From assembly GCA_963820825.1 (NCBI GenBank), contig CAWGBN010000006.1, forward strand, positions 384,001-448,000: DNA of 64,000 nucleotides, in the 5' to 3' direction. Shown piece by piece: positions 26,302 through 35,856 of this stretch. Under the pieces are notes generated by a model. It was not told the origin of the DNA, did not search any database, and saw nothing but the letters and a program-made list of their open reading frames with translations. Every line of letters begins with the position of its first letter. Within the stretch, counting starts at the first letter, position 1. Origin of the DNA: Vulcanimicrobiota bacterium. Its GTDB lineage: Bacteria > Vulcanimicrobiota > Vulcanimicrobiia > Vulcanimicrobiales > Vulcanimicrobiaceae. The position numbers were made by a program, and so were the translations under genes.

Positions 26302-27624
26302 ATGAAAGCGGGATCGTTGAGCTTTATCGAGGTCCTGGCGACCTCGATTGCGTTGATCGGGCCGAGCATGACGCCGATTTTGATCGCACCGTACATGTAT
26401 GCGCTCGCCGGAAACGGCACGTGGCTGGCCTATGTCTTCGGCAGCATCATGCTGATTTTCGTCGCCGTCTGCATCAACCAGTTCGCGCGCCGCTCGAGCG
26501 CGGCCGGTTCGATGTACGGCTACGTGGCCGACCATCTCGGGCCCGTGGCCGGAGCGGTCGGCGGCTGGACGCTGCTCTGGGCGTACGGATTCGTCGCCAC
26601 GGCGGTGCTCGGCGCGATGGCACTCTTCGTGCAAGGGCTGCTCTCGGATGCGGGAATGCACGCGCCGGCGCTCCTCATCGTGGTGGTGCTTGCGGCAATC
26701 GCGTGGCAGGCGGCGTATCGCGGCGTGCAAGTCTCGGCGATCCTCATGCTGGTGCTCGAGCTGGTATCGGTCAGCGTTATCTGCGTTCTCGTTGCAATCG
26801 TTCTGCATACGCACGGTCCGTCGCTCGACCTCAATCAACTTCACGTTAGAGGCGGTTTTCCGGGCGGCATCGGCTTCGCCGTCGCGTTTGCGGTCTTCAG
26901 CTTCGTCGGCTTCGAAAGCGCAACGGCCTTCGGCGCCGAGGCCAAGCGCCCGCTGGTGACGATCCCGCGGGCCGTGATCGGGAGCGTCATCTTCGCCGCG
27001 GCGTTTTTCGTGATTGCGACCTATGCGGAGATCGTCGGCCTTTCGCATCTCGGCAAGCCGCTCGACAAAGAACAGTTTCCGCTACAGACGCTGGTGCAAG
27101 GGTACGGGCTCGGCTATCTCGCGATCCCGATCACCATCGGTGCGATCTGCAGTGCATTCTCGGTCTGCCTCGCGTGCATTACGACGGCCGGCCGCATCGT
27201 CTACGCCATGGCCGGTGCGGGGCTCTTTCCCGCAACCTTCGCGCGGATCGAACCGAAGCACGACACGCCCAACGTCGCAGTGACCGTCGTCACCGCGACG
27301 TCGCTCGCGATTGCATCCGTCGCGCTCGCCTGCGGCGTCGCACCGATCGACGTCTTCAACGACTGCGGCACGCTCAGCACCTTCGGGTTCTTGGTCATCT
27401 ACATGCTGATCGCGATCGGGGTCGTTGCGTTCTGCAGAGAGCTGGGCGAGCTGCGTCCGATCGATATCGCGGTCTCGAGCGTCGCGGCGCTCCTGCTCCT
27501 GCTCGCGGCCGTCACGCTCTACTACCCGGTTCCGGCACCGCCGCAACGCTGGTTCGGCTACGTCTTCGTGCTCTTTCTCTGCGCCGGCTGGGGCTGGTTC
27601 CGTTTCAGGAGGGCCAGCGGCTGA
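26302..27624 (+). CDS. APC family amino acid/polyamine permease
   Basis: About 12 TM helices; FARRSSAAGSMYGY, FSFVGFESATAFGAEAKRP..TIPRA, GRIVYAMA. Confidence 0.9.
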   Translation: MKAGSLSFIEVLATSIALIGPSMTPILIAPYMYALAGNGTWLAYVFGSIMLIFVAVCINQFARRSSAAGSMYGYVADHLGPVAGAVGGWTLLWAYGFVATAVLGAMALFVQGLLSDAGMHAPALLIVVVLAAIAWQAAYRGVQVSAILMLVLELVSVSVICVLVAIVLHTHGPSLDLNQLHVRGGFPGGIGFAVAFAVFSFVGFESATAFGAEAKRPLVTIPRAVIGSVIFAAAFFVIATYAEIVGLSHLGKPLDKEQFPLQTLVQGYGLGYLAIPITIGAICSAFSVCLACITTAGRIVYAMAGAGLFPATFARIEPKHDTPNVAVTVVTATSLAIASVALACGVAPIDVFNDCGTLSTFGFLVIYMLIAIGVVAFCRELGELRPIDIAVSSVAALLLLLAAVTLYYPVPAPPQRWFGYVFVLFLCAGWGWFRFRRASG

Positions 27625-28990
27625 TCGCGACGCGCTGCTGCGTATAGAACGCGACGGCATCTTTGCCGTGGCAGCGCAGATCGCCGAAGATCGAGTCCTT
27701 CACCCCGCCGAACGGAAAGAACGCCATCGGCGCCGCGATGCCGACGTTGATGCCGACCATTCCGACCTCGATCCGCGATGCAAAGGTGCGCGCACTGCCG
27801 CCGTCGCGAGTGAAGATCGACGACGCATTGCCGTAACGCGAGCGATTGGCGACGCCGATCGCCTCGTCGAGCGACGTAACGCGAACGATCGCCAAGACCG
27901 GACCGAAGATCTCCTCGCGCGCGAGCTCGCTCTCCGGATCGACGCGATCGAAGATAATCGGCGCCGCGAACGAGCCGCTCTCGGGAACCGGGCGCGAATC
28001 GAGCAAGACCTCGACGCCCGACTCTCGCGCGCGCTTCACGTAACCGTCGATGCGCGCGAGCGCTTCGTCGCTCACCACCGGACCCATCTCGACCCCCTCC
28101 TCGGCACCGCGTCCGAGGCGTAGCTTCGTAGCGGCATCGACGAGCATCGGTGCGAACTTGTCGCCCGCCTCACCGACGGCGACGACCACCGAGCCGGCTA
28201 AACAGCGCTGTCCCGCGCCGCCGAACGCGGCACCGATCACCGCGTCGCACGTGAAGGCGTCGACTGCATCCGGCATCACGACGATATAATTCTTGGCGCC
28301 GCCGAGGGCTTGAACGCGTTTGTGATGCGCGACCGCGCGCGCCTGGACGAGTCGCGCGGCTTGCGAAGATCCGACGAACGAGACCGCAGCGACGTCGGGG
28401 TGCTCGATCAGCGCCTCTGCGGTTTCATTCGCGCCGTGCACGACGGCGAAGATCCCGTCGGGAAACTTGCACTCCTGCGCAACCGTGAAGAGCAGTTCGG
28501 AAGTAAGAGGCGTCTGCGGCGAGGGTTTGAGGACGAACGTATTGCCCGCGGCGATTGCAATCGGAAACATCCAGAGCGGGATCATCGCCGGAAAGTTAAA
28601 GGGCGTGATTCCCACGCAAACGCCCAGCGGATACCGCACCGAGACCGAGTCGATCCCCCGCGCGATGCCGGGGAGCGAATCGCCCATCATCAGCGAGGGC
28701 ATCCCGCAGGCGAACTCGACCGCCTCGATCCCGCGCCGAACCTCGGCCCGCGCGTCGGAGAGAATCTTACCGTTCTCGCGCGAGACGGAGAGTGCGAGAT
28801 CGTCGCGCCGCCGTTCGAGCGCGTCGGCGTAGCGGAAGAGGAGCCGCGCGCGTTCGACGACCGGAATCTCACGCCACGCGGTAAAGGCCTCGCGGGCACG
28901 GCTGACGGCGCGGTTCGCTTCGCCGCGGCTCGCGACGGGAAGCTCGCCGAGGAGCTCGCGCGTCGCCTTATCGTGGACTTGCAGCCGCAT
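27605..28990 (-). CDS. mmsA: CoA-acylating (methyl)malonate-semialdehyde dehydrogenase
   Basis: ATG 28990; EFACGMPSLMMG, GITPFNFPAMIPLWMFP, VQALGGAKN, AFGGAGQRCLA, EEIFGPV, FPFGGVKDS.FGD. Confidence 0.88.
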   Translation of the reverse strand: MRLQVHDKATRELLGELPVASRGEANRAVSRAREAFTAWREIPVVERARLLFRYADALERRRDDLALSVSRENGKILSDARAEVRRGIEAVEFACGMPSLMMGDSLPGIARGIDSVSVRYPLGVCVGITPFNFPAMIPLWMFPIAIAAGNTFVLKPSPQTPLTSELLFTVAQECKFPDGIFAVVHGANETAEALIEHPDVAAVSFVGSSQAARLVQARAVAHHKRVQALGGAKNYIVVMPDAVDAFTCDAVIGAAFGGAGQRCLAGSVVVAVGEAGDKFAPMLVDAATKLRLGRGAEEGVEMGPVVSDEALARIDGYVKRARESGVEVLLDSRPVPESGSFAAPIIFDRVDPESELAREEIFGPVLAIVRVTSLDEAIGVANRSRYGNASSIFTRDGGSARTFASRIEVGMVGINVGIAAPMAFFPFGGVKDSIFGDLRCHGKDAVAFYTQQRVAISRWPS

Positions 28991-30324
28991 CAGCGCTCGC
29001 TTTCGAGACGCCGCAGCGCTTGGTCGAGGATTTCGAAGGCTTCGTCGAGTTCGCCGGGCGTTACCACGAGCGGCGGCGCGACGATCGCGACGTTGTAGCG
29101 TCCGAGAACGTAGAGTCCGTGCTCGAGCAGATCGTTGAAGAAGCGCTGCAGCGAGGCCGAGCCCTGCCACGGAACCAAGGGCGCACGCGTCTGCCGGTCG
29201 CTCACGAGCTCGAGGCCGAAGAATGCGCCGACGCCGCGCACCTCGCCGACGATCTGATGACGCCGCTGCAGATCGTCGAAGCGCGTGCGCAGCTCGTCCT
29301 CGAGTTCGGCGGCGCGTTCGAAGAGATGCTCGTCGCGATAGGCGCGCAGCGCCGCGACGCCGGCGGCCATCGCGAGCGGGTGACCGCTGAAGGTGTGGCC
29401 GCTTGGGAGCGCGTGGTCGTCGAAGTGCGCCGCGAGCGATTCGCGCACCGCGACGCCGCCGAGCGGAACGTACGCCGACGTGACGCCTTTGGCAAAGGTG
29501 ATGATGTCGGGCGTAACGCCGAAGCGTTGCGCCGCGAAGGCCGCGCCGGTGCGGCCGAATCCGGTCATCACCTCGTCGAAGATCAGCAGAATGCCGTGGC
29601 GGTCGCAGAGCTCGGCAACGCGCTCGAGGTATCCCTGCGGATAGAGAATGACGCCGTTTGAGCCGACGACCGGTTCGATCAGCAGCGCCGCGACGTTTGC
29701 GCCGCCCTCGTAGTTGACGATCGTCTCGAGATGATCGATCGCGCGCTCGACCTCTTCGTGCGGATCGCGCGTATGAAAGGGACTGCGGTACGGAAACGGC
29801 GCGAAGAAGCGGACGATGCCGGGAATGCCCGGTTCGTTCGGCCAGCGGCGGTTCTCGCCGGTGAGCGTTCCGGCACCGGGTGCGGAGCCGTGGAAGGAAC
29901 GATACGCGGTGAGTACTTTATGCCGTCCGCGCAGCGCGCGCGCAAACTTGATCGCATCCTCGTTCGCCTCGCCGCCGCCGGTGGTGAAGAAGACGCGCCC
30001 GCCTTCCGCCCACGGAGCGATCGCAATAATCGCCGCGGCCAGCTCGGCGCGCCGGTCGTTCGCGAAGGTCGGAGCTACGTAGGCAATCCGGTGAGCCTGC
30101 TCGGCAATCGCCGAAGCGACCGCCGGATGGCCGTGGCCGAGATTCACTGCGACGAGGCCGGCCGAGAAGTCGAGGTAGCGCTTGCCGTTATCGTCGTAGA
30201 GCGAGGAACCCTCGCCGCGGACGATCACGGGCGGATTCCGTCCGCCCTGGCTCACCCACGGCGTCAGGACGTAGCGCGAATGCGCCGCGCTCGTCGGGCC
30301 CTCAATCGTCTTCATCACGCTCAT
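28990..30324 (-). CDS. Class III PLP-dependent aminotransferase (omega-amino acid / beta-alanine / taurine type)
   Basis: YLDFSAGLVAVNLGH, YRSFHG, LIFDEVMTGFGRTG, DIITFAKG (PLP Lys), GHTFSGHP. Confidence 0.88.
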   Translation of the reverse strand: MSVMKTIEGPTSAAHSRYVLTPWVSQGGRNPPVIVRGEGSSLYDDNGKRYLDFSAGLVAVNLGHGHPAVASAIAEQAHRIAYVAPTFANDRRAELAAAIIAIAPWAEGGRVFFTTGGGEANEDAIKFARALRGRHKVLTAYRSFHGSAPGAGTLTGENRRWPNEPGIPGIVRFFAPFPYRSPFHTRDPHEEVERAIDHLETIVNYEGGANVAALLIEPVVGSNGVILYPQGYLERVAELCDRHGILLIFDEVMTGFGRTGAAFAAQRFGVTPDIITFAKGVTSAYVPLGGVAVRESLAAHFDDHALPSGHTFSGHPLAMAAGVAALRAYRDEHLFERAAELEDELRTRFDDLQRRHQIVGEVRGVGAFFGLELVSDRQTRAPLVPWQGSASLQRFFNDLLEHGLYVLGRYNVAIVAPPLVVTPGELDEAFEILDQALRRLESER

Positions 30325-30330
30325 CGAAAC

Positions 30331-30471
30331 TCAGAGTTTGCCAAAGACCACGATTAAACCGCCTGCTACGCTTAATGCGAAGAAGACGATGAAGATCCAG
30401 ACCGCGAGGCGCTTCCAAAAGTCGCGCCGCGCGCGCGAAGCTCGCGTTTGATGCGATGGCCGCCGCTTCAT
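30331..30471 (-). CDS. Small basic single-TM protein (46 aa)
   Basis: ATG overlaps the rsfS stop (ATGA, 30468-30471). MKRRPSHQTRASRARRDFWKRLAVWIFIVFFALSVAGGLIVVFGKL. It fills the gap to the next gene. Confidence 0.7.
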   Translation of the reverse strand: MKRRPSHQTRASRARRDFWKRLAVWIFIVFFALSVAGGLIVVFGKL

Positions 30472-30821
30472 GCGCCTTGCTCCTTCGACTCGGCGCGAAG
30501 CGCCTCGCTCACGACGACGGACGACCAGAGCCGCTCGAGATTGTAGAACGTGCGCTGTTCGGGCGTGAAGACGTGGACGATCACGTTTCCGAGGTCGATC
30601 AGAATCCACGAACCGTCGGCATACCCCTCGACGCGCGAGGGGGTGTAGCCGTTGGCTCGCACCGCCTCGACGATCGCATCGGCGATCGCGCGCGTCTGAA
30701 TCTTCGAGCGTCCGGTGACGATTGCGAAAAAATCGGCAAGAATCGTCTTCTCGCCGACGTCGAGCGCAGTGAATGCTTCGCCTTTTTTATCGAGCGCGCT
30801 CTCGCGCACGATGTCGATCAA
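30468..30821 (-). CDS. rsfS: Ribosome silencing factor RsfS
   Basis: TTG 30821 overlapping the yqeK stop; ALDKKGE...LADFFAIVTGRS..Q..AIAD...EG....WILIDLGNVIVHVF....R.FYNLERLW. Confidence 0.93.
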   Translation of the reverse strand: MIDIVRESALDKKGEAFTALDVGEKTILADFFAIVTGRSKIQTRAIADAIVEAVRANGYTPSRVEGYADGSWILIDLGNVIVHVFTPEQRTFYNLERLWSSVVVSEALRAESKEQGA

Positions 30822-31360
30822 CTCGCCGATGCTCGTGCCTCCGCTGCGACGCGCTTGCGCGCGTGATGTTCCGCCGCTAGGCGCATCGTCTCTCGGGTCG
30901 CGCCGGCGAGATCGTGCAACGCAAGCTCCCACAGCTCGCTCCGTTCGGCAAAGCGGCGATTCGGTTCGAGCGAATCGGCAAGATAGACGACGCAGTCGAG
31001 CGGCGACATCACCGGTGCGCCCGTCGTATGCTTCTCGATCGCGGAGAGCACTTCACCGTCGTCTACCCCAAAGTGCTCGCTCGCAAGCGCCGCCCCCAGC
31101 CGGGCATGCAGCATCATCGGGTGTTCGAGTTCGGCCTCGCCGATCGCAAAACCGCGCGCCGAGCTCTCGGCGAGAAGCCGTTCCGGTGAGTAGAGCCGGG
31201 CGAGATCGTGGAGCATCCCCGCGAGGCGTGCTTTGCGCGTGTCGAGGCCGTGACGGCGGGCGAGGGTCTCGGCGCATCGCGCAACGCGAACGCTGTGGGC
31301 GTACCGATGCTGCTGTCCGATGCGTTCGCGAACGCGGCGCTTGAGTTCCGTAAAGGTCAC
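30818..31360 (-). CDS. yqeK: HD-domain bis(5'-nucleosyl)-tetraphosphatase YqeK
   Basis: GTG 31360; RYAHSVRVA, AGMLHDLAR, LHARLGA, AIEKHTTG, VYLADSLEPNR; located next to rsfS. Confidence 0.88.
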   Translation of the reverse strand: MTFTELKRRVRERIGQQHRYAHSVRVARCAETLARRHGLDTRKARLAGMLHDLARLYSPERLLAESSARGFAIGEAELEHPMMLHARLGAALASEHFGVDDGEVLSAIEKHTTGAPVMSPLDCVVYLADSLEPNRRFAERSELWELALHDLAGATRETMRLAAEHHARKRVAAEARASAS

Positions 31361-31908
31361 TCGCGAGCCGCGCCGTCTTCTATGCGGGCGCGCAGCACCC
31401 GAAGCCGGTTGCGGTAGAGCTCGCTGCGCAGGCTTCCGGCCCACATGATGAGCGCGCTCTCGTTGTCGTCGCTATAGTATCCGGTTCGCATCGTTACCGT
31501 GGTAAAACCATACTTGCGATAGAGCCGTTGCGCGACCGTGTTGCTCTCCCGCACCTCGAGGGTCATCCATGCCGCCCCGCGTTCGATCGCCTCGTCGATC
31601 AGCGCGAGCAGCAGCACTTCGCCGAAGCGGCGGGTGCGAAACTCCGGGTCGATCGCGAGCGTCGTCACGTGCGAGTCCTCGAGAATTACCCAAATGCCGC
31701 CGTACCCGACGATCTTGTCGTCGAGGCTTCCGACGAAATAATGGGCGAGCTTGTTCGTGTTGAGCTCGTTGTAGAACGCGTCCGAAGGCCAGACGGTCGA
31801 GAACGAGGCGCGTTCGATCCGCGTTACCGCTGGTATATCCGGCGTCGCCATCGGGCGAATCGAGAACCGGCTGGGGTGTCGCGCCGGCCGGTCGAGTTCC
31901 ATCTTCAT
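31357..31908 (-). CDS. rimI: Ribosomal protein S18 alanine N-acetyltransferase
   Basis: IERASF..W, HVTTLAIDP, LEVRESN..AQRLYRKYGF....RTGYYSD..E.ALIM; follows tsaB. Confidence 0.9.
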   Translation of the reverse strand: MKMELDRPARHPSRFSIRPMATPDIPAVTRIERASFSTVWPSDAFYNELNTNKLAHYFVGSLDDKIVGYGGIWVILEDSHVTTLAIDPEFRTRRFGEVLLLALIDEAIERGAAWMTLEVRESNTVAQRLYRKYGFTTVTMRTGYYSDDNESALIMWAGSLRSELYRNRLRVLRARIEDGAARE

Positions 31909-31917
31909 GCGCGAACG

Positions 31918-32568
31918 TTACAATTTCGGCGGTTTGGCGGCGGGAAGCTCGCCGTAATCGGCGCGCACCGCGTGCGGACTCGCCGGCGGCGTGCGCGAGA
32001 TCGCCGCCAGCGCGGCGACCGCGGCGGCGGGTGTGACGAGCGGGTCGACGGAGCGCACGACTATCCCGCGTTCGGCGAGTGCGTGGAGCACGTCCTTCGG
32101 CGCCCCAACGACGTCGAGCGTAGGCGTTTCCAGGGCGCCCAGCACCCGATCGAGGACGTCGCCGATTCGTCCGGAGGCGCGCCGAATCTGCGATTTGCTG
32201 CGATAACGCGCCGAGATGACGCCGGGCCGGCCGACGACGACGCCGAGCACGCGCTCGAAGTCCGCGCCGAACTCGAGAATATCGAAGGAATCGACCGGTA
32301 CGAGCGGACGCTCCCAGGCTGCCGCGAGCGCCTTCGCGTAGGCGACGGCGATGCGCAAACCGGTGAATCCCCCGGGGCCCGTTCCCACCGCCAAGCGGTC
32401 GATTTGCTGCGGCGCCACGCGCGCATCTGCGAGCACCTCGGAGACCAAAAGGAGGCCGCGTTCGAGCGCAATGGCGCCGGCTTCGTCGCGCGACGCCGCG
32501 ATCTGCCCGTCGCGTGCGACGGCGGTCGAAAACGTGCCGAGCGCCCCGTCCAGGGCAAGAACGATCAC
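31918..32568 (-). CDS. tsaB: tRNA threonylcarbamoyladenosine biosynthesis protein TsaB
   Basis: VLALD, LAVGTGPGGFTGLRIAVAYAKALA; lies between tsaE and rimI. Confidence 0.9.
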   Translation of the reverse strand: MIVLALDGALGTFSTAVARDGQIAASRDEAGAIALERGLLLVSEVLADARVAPQQIDRLAVGTGPGGFTGLRIAVAYAKALAAAWERPLVPVDSFDILEFGADFERVLGVVVGRPGVISARYRSKSQIRRASGRIGDVLDRVLGALETPTLDVVGAPKDVLHALAERGIVVRSVDPLVTPAAAVAALAAISRTPPASPHAVRADYGELPAAKPPKL

Positions 32569-32993
32569 CGCTTTTGCCGAAGATACAGCACACGTGGTTC
32601 GTCTCCGGCGCCTTCAATTTCGATTTCGTATCGCCGAGGCGGAATAGCCTCCGGCGCGTTGCGCCACCACTCGATCAGCGCGATCGACCGTCCGTCGAGG
32701 GCCTCCTCGAGGCCCAACTCGGTCAATTCGCGCGGATCGTCGATGCGATAGAAGTCGATGTGCTCGATCGGCGGATCGCCGTCGTACCGGTGCCGAAACG
32801 TGAAGCTGGGGCTGCAGCTTTGGTCGCTGCCGTGCAGCGCGCGCACGACCGCGCGAACGAAGGCGGTCTTGCCCGCGCCGAGCGGACCGCCGAGCGCGAC
32901 GACGTCGCCGGGGCGGAGACGGCGCGCGAACTCGGCCGCGAATTTACCGAGGTCTTCTTCGGTGGGACAGTAGAGTCGAAGAGTGTCCTCCAT
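32565..32993 (-). CDS. tsaE: tRNA threonylcarbamoyladenosine biosynthesis ATPase TsaE
   Basis: LGGPLGAGKT, SPSF, HIDFYRI, LIEW. Confidence 0.93.
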   Translation of the reverse strand: MEDTLRLYCPTEEDLGKFAAEFARRLRPGDVVALGGPLGAGKTAFVRAVVRALHGSDQSCSPSFTFRHRYDGDPPIEHIDFYRIDDPRELTELGLEEALDGRSIALIEWWRNAPEAIPPRRYEIEIEGAGDEPRVLYLRQKR

Positions 32994-33008
32994 GAGTGCA
33001 GGTGATTA

Positions 33009-35513
33009 TTGAACAACGATATCGTAGCGCAGGTCAACGTCGAAGATGAAATGCGGGAGAGCTATCTCTCCTACGCAATGTCGGTCATTGCGTCGCGGGC
33101 GCTCCCCGATGTCCGCGACGGACTCAAGCCGGTACAGCGGCGGATCCTGTATGCGATGCGCGAGATGGGCATGGACCCGAGCAAGCAGCATCGCAAGTGC
33201 GCCGGTATCATCGGCGAGGTGCTCAAGAGCTACCATCCTCACGGCGATACCTCCGTCTACGATGCGCTGGTGCGCATGGCCCAAGATTTCACCCTGCGCT
33301 ATCCGCTGGTCGACGGCCACGGCAACTTCGGATCGATCGACCCCGATCCGCCGGCGGCCTACCGTTACACCGAGGCGCGGCTGGCGCGTACCGCGCTCGA
33401 CGTCTTGGCCGATATCGATAAAGAGACGGTTCCGTTCGTTGCGAACTTCGACAATCAGGGCGTCGAGCCAAGCGTGCTGCCGGGGCGTCTTCCGCAACTG
33501 CTGGTCAACGGATCGAGCGGCATCGCGGTGGGAATGGCTACGAACATTCCGCCGCACAACCTCAACGAGATCTCCGACGCGATCGTTGCGCTGATCGACG
33601 AACCGAATACCGACGACGACGCGCTCTGCGCGATCGTGCAAGGCCCCGATTTTCCGACCGGCGGAACGATCTTGGGTCACGAGGCGATTCGCGAAGCCTA
33701 TAAGACCGGGCGCGGTTCGATCACGATTCGCGGTAAGGCGGAGATCGTCGAAGAACGCGGCAAGCACAAGATCATCATCACCGAGATCCCCTACCAGGTG
33801 TACAAGGGACGAATCATCGAGGCGATCTCGGAAGCGTACGCCGAGAAGCGAATCGTCGGCATAGCGCGCATGGACGACGAGTCGAATCGCAAGGGAATGC
33901 GCGTCGTCATCGAGCTGCAACGCAGCGCGACGCCGAAGATCGTGCTCAATCAGCTCTTCAAGCACACGCCGCTGCAGGCAACCTTCGGCTTCAACATGCT
34001 CGCGCTCGTCCCGGTAGGTCCGCCGCGTTCCAACGGAACCGTCGCGATCGAACCGCAGGTCCTTACGCTCAAGCAGCTCCTCGAGCATTTCATCGCGCAT
34101 CGCAAGGACGTCGTTACGCGGCGTACCGCGTACGATCTGCGCAAGGCCGAGGAGCGCGCACATCTGCTCGAAGGCTATCGGATCGCGCTCGACAACATCG
34201 ACGAGGTCATCGAGATCGTTCGCGGCAGTCAAACGACCGACGAAGCGAAAGAACGCCTCTCGAAACGGTTCGGCTTGAGCGAGGTTCAGGCGCAGGCGAT
34301 CGTCGACATGCGGCTGCGAACGCTCGTCGGCCTCGAACGCAAGAAGATCGAAGACGAGTACGCCGAGCTGATCAGGACGATCGCGGAGCTGCAAGACATC
34401 CTGCGCAGCCCGCGGCGCATCGCCGGGATCGTCAAGACCGAGACGCTCGAGGTCAAGAAGCGTTTCGGCGACGAGCGCCGCACCAGCGTCGAGCCGGCCG
34501 AAGACGAGATTTCGATCGAATCGATCACGCCGAATATCGACGTCGTGGTCACCTATACCGTCGGCGGCTACATCAAGCGCGTCACGGTCGACACCTTCCG
34601 CACCCAGAGCCGGGGCGGGCGTGGAGTGACTGGAATTTCGAACCTCAAGCGCGAGGACGTCGTGCGTAACTTTTTCATGACCAAGACGCACGACCACGTG
34701 CTCTTCTTTACGAACAAGGGCCGGGTCTACCGTCTGCGCGGCTACGAGATTCCCGATACGACGCGTCAAGCGCGCGGAACCGCGCTCGTCAATCTGCTCA
34801 CCCTGCCGCCGGGCGAAGAGGTCACGGCCGTCTTCCCGATCGATCGCTTCGAGGGGGAACGCTATCTGGTGATGGTCACCAAACGCGGAATCATCAAGAA
34901 ATCGAAGCTCGAAGATTTCGCCAACGTTCGCCGCAACGGGCTGATCGCGATCAATCTCGACGAGGGCGACGAGTTGCTCGCCGTCGATCTCTCCGATGGC
35001 TCGCGCGACATCATTCTCGGATCGACGCAAGGCATGGCCGTGCATTTCAACGAGAAGGACGTGCGACCGATGGGGCGCGCCGCGCGCGGCGTCAAAGCGA
35101 TGACGCTCGAAAAAGGCGATACGATCATCGCCATGGACGTGGTCGAGGATGAGCGGCGCGAGGTGCTGCTCGTCACGTCGCTTGCCTTCGGCAAACGCAC
35201 CCCGATCGAGGATTACCGTCACACCGCGCGCGGCGGCAAGGGCGTCAAGGCCTTCGCGCGCCAGCGCGACGATATCGGCCAGGTCGTCGATCAGATCCTC
35301 GTCGCACCCGACGATCAGGTCCTAATGATCACCTCGGGCAACCAAGTCATCCGCCTCCAAGTCCGCGAGATTCGCAAGACGGGACGCGACGCCAAGGGCG
35401 TCCGGCTCCAGCGCTTAGGAGAAGGAGACGAGGTTATCGCCATAACGAATCTGGGCAAGCAGGCCAAGCAGATCACCGAGATCACTGGCGAGCCGCAACA
35501 AACCGAGCTCTAG
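33009..35513 (+). CDS. gyrA: DNA gyrase subunit A
   Basis: [40 protein letters not shown], catalytic [21 protein letters not shown], GyrA-box QSRGGRG, C-terminal pinwheel repeats. Confidence 0.97.
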   Translation: MNNDIVAQVNVEDEMRESYLSYAMSVIASRALPDVRDGLKPVQRRILYAMREMGMDPSKQHRKCAGIIGEVLKSYHPHGDTSVYDALVRMAQDFTLRYPLVDGHGNFGSIDPDPPAAYRYTEARLARTALDVLADIDKETVPFVANFDNQGVEPSVLPGRLPQLLVNGSSGIAVGMATNIPPHNLNEISDAIVALIDEPNTDDDALCAIVQGPDFPTGGTILGHEAIREAYKTGRGSITIRGKAEIVEERGKHKIIITEIPYQVYKGRIIEAISEAYAEKRIVGIARMDDESNRKGMRVVIELQRSATPKIVLNQLFKHTPLQATFGFNMLALVPVGPPRSNGTVAIEPQVLTLKQLLEHFIAHRKDVVTRRTAYDLRKAEERAHLLEGYRIALDNIDEVIEIVRGSQTTDEAKERLSKRFGLSEVQAQAIVDMRLRTLVGLERKKIEDEYAELIRTIAELQDILRSPRRIAGIVKTETLEVKKRFGDERRTSVEPAEDEISIESITPNIDVVVTYTVGGYIKRVTVDTFRTQSRGGRGVTGISNLKREDVVRNFFMTKTHDHVLFFTNKGRVYRLRGYEIPDTTRQARGTALVNLLTLPPGEEVTAVFPIDRFEGERYLVMVTKRGIIKKSKLEDFANVRRNGLIAINLDEGDELLAVDLSDGSRDIILGSTQGMAVHFNEKDVRPMGRAARGVKAMTLEKGDTIIAMDVVEDERREVLLVTSLAFGKRTPIEDYRHTARGGKGVKAFARQRDDIGQVVDQILVAPDDQVLMITSGNQVIRLQVREIRKTGRDAKGVRLQRLGEGDEVIAITNLGKQAKQITEITGEPQQTEL

Positions 35514-35529
35514 GAGTGTTAGAAAAACC

Positions 35530-35856
35530 ATGAGTGCATTACCCGACGTTACGCAGACGAACTTCGAAACCGAGGTGCTTCAGAACGCCCAGCCGGTGCT
35601 CGTCGATTTTTGGGCACCGTGGTGCGGCCCGTGCCGCATGCTTTCGCCGATCGTCGAAAAGGTCGCCGCGGCGCATGCCGGCAAAGCCAAGTTCGTCAAG
35701 CTGAACACCGACGAGAATCCAACTCTTGCCGGCCAATATCAGGTCTCGGGTATTCCGTGCTTGATTCTCTTTAAGGGCGGGCAGCCGGTCGACCGAATCG
35801 TCGGATACGTTCCCGAAAACACCGTGACGTCGATGCTCTCCAAACACGTGGCGTGA
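35530..35856 (+). CDS. trxA: Thioredoxin
   Basis: VLVDFWAPWCGPC; cis-Pro loop SGIP. Confidence 0.96.
   Translation: MSALPDVTQTNFETEVLQNAQPVLVDFWAPWCGPCRMLSPIVEKVAAAHAGKAKFVKLNTDENPTLAGQYQVSGIPCLILFKGGQPVDRIVGYVPENTVTSMLSKHVA

Noticed and set aside
26263..27048. N-terminal extension of the 600-aa track ORF 25246..27048
   Set aside because: Antisense to the APC permease; the TPM protein's signal peptide begins at 26262.
33006..35222. 738-aa ORF antisense to gyrA (similarly 58221..60152, 43596..45380, 25-28 kb shadows and others)
   Set aside because: Typical stop-poor antisense frames of high-GC genes; no recognisable motifs.
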